From contig CBFFRP010000369.1 in assembly GCA_965644295.1 (NCBI GenBank), forward strand, positions 35,221 through 99,220: a DNA stretch of 64,000 nt, in the 5' to 3' direction. This document shows positions 60,192 to 64,000 of the stretch, piece by piece. The first letter of the stretch is position 1; the number at the start of each line of letters is the position of its first letter. The position numbers and the translations under genes were made by a program. The notes under the pieces were generated by a model. It was given only the letters and a program-made list of their open reading frames with translations, searched no databases and was not told the DNA's origin. Origin of the DNA: Paraphysomonas bandaiensis (taxonomy: Eukaryota > Protista > Chrysophyceae).

Positions 60192-61042
60192 ATGAACTTT
60201 CTTGGTTCTCCGGCCAGCCCCCTTTCGCTTTCCTATGCAGACGGAATTAGGAGGGTCAAGGCTACGGCTTGTGTTCTACACAACGAGAACAAAACTTCCG
60301 GCGCAAGGAAGATACCCCCACGAGTTGTCGTCCGGAATTGTGATGGTTCTACACCCACCGATATGGTCGGAGTCTTGCCCAATGTATACCCCGGCAGAGA
60401 AGAGCAGCGTGCGGCGAGGAAGAAGACAAATGTTGAAAGAAAAGAAGCACGTGCAAAGAAGGCGAGGCTTGATGCCAGGAGGAGGGAGGAAGGCTGGGAT
60501 TGTGGTGATATAATCGTCAATGACTCAGACGATAGTAATCAATCTGGTATGTTATTGTGTTGTAGATATTATATTATTATGCCATGTTTATATCTGTACA
60601 ATATCAGGACAAGAGGTGGAGTCATCATCGTCTGATGACGATGGTAACCCCTCTATCACGTATTCTCCTGGGGACGAAATTGTTACTGTGACTAGGATGC
60701 GTGGTATTGTCCATGCTGTCAATGATGATGGTACCTATCATCTTGTTTACAAAAGCAAGAAGAGATGTGGTGCCACCAGGGAGGATAAGTCAGTGCGCTC
60801 CAAATACTTCTCGCTTGCATCTGGTATACTTTACATATATGCTTGTTTGTGTACTGTACCTAATATTGAATATAGCCCACCAGGATAAGCCTCATAATAT
60901 TCCCTCCAGTAAAAGAGACAATATTCCGAGGTGGAGATATATCCAGGAACCCACTAAGGAGTGGGTAGACACAGGTGCAGTTGATTCTGCTTCTATTATT
61001 ACTGGTAAACGTACCAGAAGTTCAGTTGATTATCGCTTGTAA
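60192..61042 (+). CDS. Element-borne 3-exon protein with basic tract, Tudor/SH3-like barrel and CHZ-like C-terminal motif
   Basis: Introns ~60548-60607 and ~60824-60875 join ORFs 60192, 60520 and 60701 in frame; 'YSPGDEIVTV...GIVHAVNDDGTYHLVY'; 'VDSASIITGKRTRSSVDY'. Confidence 0.6.
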
Positions 61043-61303
61043 GTATAGATAGCACTTTGTAATATATATAATAGTGCTATCTATAGTATGCATGTATTAA
61101 CCGTTACATTAACCGTTACATTCTCACTTTTTGGACCTGTAACTAATATAAAACTTATTAAATGTCTCCAAAAACATGTTCTCTTTACACCTACTACATT
61201 ACTTATTAATTGCAAAACATATAAAAAACACAACTTAAATCGACATTTTCAAAATTTCACCAGGTTTAGAGCGCTTCTCCAGGTTTGTTCATCACATCAA
61301 CTT

Positions 61304-64000
61304 TTGGTGGCCTTGTAAAGTAGAGTGGGTATGATTTGGGTCTCTATAACCATGACTTTGCAACCCGCTGAGGCGTGCCTGATCCCAAGGTGTGTGCCCG
61401 CTGCCTTTAGGTAGTTTGTACACCAATTGTATGAGTCCGTGTCTGTAGGTGTTAGTGGTAGGTCAGCCCCCAAATAGTGTATCGATTCATGAGTCGTTTG
61501 TATTGGTACAGGTTGGGGTCTCCAATACCAGTCATATAAGGTAATGTGTCCGGTTTGTTTGACCTGGGCTAGATTTTCCCGTAGGTGAGGGAAAAAAGTG
61601 CAGATAACCTTAGGTACCGAGAGTTCCATTCCCGAGAAGCTGCAGAACGCCGACATTCGTATCGCCGTTTCCTGGGCTTGAGTGATAGACACATCTATGG
61701 TGGTGATGTCATCCGCGAAGGAGACTTTTTTCTTTGAGTTCGGGGTCAGTAGGAGTGGTGATGGTGTAAGACAGATTGCTCTAAGATCTAGGTCTAACCA
61801 TGTAAGAAGGATATCGTGTAGCGCCACCCAGGCACAAGTGGATTCGGTTCCCCCCTGAGTGATTCCTCTCACGGCCTCAAATCCGAGTACGAACTGTGCA
61901 AGGAAGTGTCCGTCGGTAGCTAGAAGTTCTGCCAACGAGCGTGGCTCCATGTTGTTCGCCATGAACGGCGTCCATGGGAATGTGAGACCCCCAGCGTCTA
62001 ATTCTCCAAACCATTCAACCACAGCATCGGGGACACCTAGCCGAGCCCATGCTAGTTTCATTTTAGATTAGGTGTTATGGAGTCGAATGCTTTTTTGAAG
62101 TCCCAGAGCGTGCAGATGTGTTGGGCATTGTGACGTCTGGCTGCCTCTGAGGCCGCTAGGACCCTTAAAATGGCCGTGTCTGTGCCATTTCTCCAGCGAT
62201 ATCCATGTTGGGACGGGTATAGGATCTGCTGTTCCTCCCAGACTGTGAGTATCCTGTGGGAGATTATTCTTGTCAGAATTTTCCGTGATATTTCGAGCAG
62301 ACCGATCGGTCGAAGGTTGGAAAAAGAGGGTTCTCCTGGTTTCTTGAGTATGGGGGTCATTACTCTGTCTCTCCACAAAGTAGGCACGTGTTTGTGCTTC
62401 CAGAGCGACTTGATAAGGGTGAATGCTTCCTGTTGTATGGCTGGAGGCCAGGATTTGACCATGTTGGATGAGACCATGGAGGGTCCGGGAGCCCGGTTGA
62501 AGGATATGGAATGTAGGGTGGAGTAGAATTCTTCGTGCGTGATGTCCTTCTCTAAAGCCTTTCCGAGTAGGTCCGCCATTTCTGGTTTAACTTTAGTGCA
62601 TAGTGCACGTCGTAGTCCGTGTTGTAGGGTAAGGGGTATGTTCGAGCACGGATGGAGGGGCTCCTGGGAAGTCACCGATTGAGGGTCAAGGAGGGTTTTC
62701 CACCAGTTGGGGTCGTCCTGTAGTCTTTGTGCGACTGGGTCCAGTCCTGCAGGTTCCGCGTGGTGGTCTCGAAAGTGTTTGTTGATTCCTTCGTGGATGT
62801 CTTGCGGGGTAGTGAGAAGTGTCCCGTCAGTAGTTCTCACTGTCGTTAGTCGAAGTGGCGTTTTGATTTTAAGTCCTATCTTCTGCAGTACTGCTTGTAG
62901 TCTTCTCTGTTCTAGTAGTGCTTCCATTTGGTTTGTACGGTCTGTGAGCCTCTTGCGCATCTCCGTCCTGTCTCGTCCGTGCAAGAGTCCTCGCATTCGA
63001 ATCACAATGTGTAGAAGGTTCTTCTTGGTGACTTGTTTGGCAGTCCAGCTCAGAATGGCTCTGGGGTCTGCTGATCGGTAATCATTCCTGAAGTTGATGT
63101 CGGCTATTCCTTTCGCAGGTCCCGTGGAGTTTTGGAGGTACGAGTTCCCGCGCTCCTGCCAGGCGGTGATGAGCGTGTGGATCGGATTGCGTAATGGGGA
63201 TCCACGCCATCCGTGTCTTTTATATCCAGCTGAGTTAAACATTTTCTGAACTATCTTTATTACCATAACCATCCCTTCTTGAATTACCCTCATTTCCGGG
63301 GAGAAACCATCTTTAAAATGTGAACGAATTCGCTGACACCGGTCATGGAGCCTCGTGCGACGGCTGTAGCGGGGACCCTTTGCTGTAAGCGTTGCCTGCA
63401 AGGTGATGTGATGTATCGCCGCTAGTCGGGTGGCTGCAGTCTCTGGGTCTAGTGTTGGGCTGAGGTTCGTGTCTATAGGGGGCAGTTGGGCGTGTAGCAT
63501 GAGAAGTTTGGCAGCGTACGCTTTTACCTCCTCAGGATCCCTTGGGTTGATGTTTAGGCGAGGAGGTATTTTTAAGTGTGACTCTGGGGAAGAGATATCT
63601 TGTGTTACAGTAATATTGAATCCAACCCAAACCGGCCTATGGTCAAACGCTGCTGCAATTAAGGTGGGGGAATTGAGGCATCCGGTGTCAGTGATTCGCA
63701 TATGCTGTGGAAGTGGCGTATGTAGTATGTGATCGATACGCGAGATTCCCTTGTCCAATCTGTGGAATGTGTGAAAAGCTTGCCGTTGGAGTAATTGTGT
63801 GATTAGTGGCGCCGACAGCTGGAGTTTACCGGCTAGTGGGCGTATATCTCTATTCGTGGTGTGCGTTTCCATGGATCCGTTAAAGTCGCCTGCAATGATT
63901 ACCGTGTGACCTCTGGCCCGGGCCTTGGTAACCCATTTAGTGATGATGTTGCAGAGGAGATCATATGGGGCAACCGGTTTAGTATTGCGGGTCGCTTTCC
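61304..64000 (-). pseudogene. LINE ORF N-terminal part (APE endonuclease and RT) with a 1-nt frameshift near 62060
   Basis: ORFs 62058-63872 and 61297-62061 overlap in different frames at 'FDSITPNLK / MKLAWARLGVP'. Confidence 0.9.

Larger units (their letters stand above)
59164..61303. mobile_element. 2140-bp non-autonomous TIR DNA element with 3-bp TSD (TTG), carrying two spliced genes
   Basis: Imperfect TIRs AAGTCGGTGTGATCATGAAACCTGG / (rc) AAGTTGATGTGATGAACAAACCTGG; TTG at 59161-63 and 61304-06; removing the element and one TTG restores the LINE frame 'YKATK-ASWPL'. Confidence 0.88.
56767..64000 (-). mobile_element. Non-LTR retrotransposon (LINE), APE-RT-RNase H-CCHC; 5' end beyond window; split by a 2.14-kb insertion; (GACATTCAATA)n tail
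   Basis: APE 'IIAGDFN...SRIDHIL...FDHRPV'; RT 'LRPIGLL', 'QHGYR', 'DFKKAFDSI', 'TQGG', 'FADD'; RNase H 'FTDGS...E...TDC...WVRSH...AD'; 'CSDC...HMCLDC'; tandem 3' tail. Confidence 0.96.

Noticed and set aside
59171-61296. TGT...ACA termini suggesting a Ginger/LTR-type insertion
   Set aside because: Excising at these points leaves 17 extra nt with a stop and no TSD; only the 59164-61303 boundaries restore the LINE frame.
62055-62070. Programmed frameshift in the LINE RT
   Set aside because: It falls mid-RT at a short A-run; a single indel (mutation or sequencing error) is simpler.

Overview
Gene-dense eukaryotic nuclear DNA with short GT-AG introns, mostly ~45-60 nt. The gene set and intron style suggest a protist, probably a stramenopile (inference only). 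About 17 host genes are present, 14 of them in seven head-to-head pairs: a BK/Slo-type K+ channel, a C2H2 zinc-finger protein, a HAD-phosphatase/Macro-like fusion ending in a CaaX box, a methyltransferase-fold protein, three FG-GAP beta-propeller membrane proteins, PX and EF-hand proteins, a small coiled-coil protein, CAMKK-like and MAP2K-like kinases, an RCC2-like protein, an aldo-keto reductase, a cathepsin D-like protease, UPRT, and a Tudor-ELM2-SANT-like gene whose 3' half is an array of NUMOD1 DNA-binding modules expanded by an 881-bp intron-containing tandem duplication. The intergenic space holds nested mobile elements. A decayed Copia with apparently identical LTRs sits inside a hAT MITE, and several internally deleted hAT elements occur. 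A LINE (APE-RT-RNaseH-CCHC) is interrupted by a 2.14-kb TIR element with a 3-bp TSD that carries two spliced non-transposase genes. A family of ~100-200-nt LINE-3'-derived repeats all start at the same conserved hairpin. Long (ACAT)n tracts lie between divergent genes. No CRISPR array, rRNA or convincing tRNA was seen. All domain calls are from motif recognition by eye; no database searches were run.
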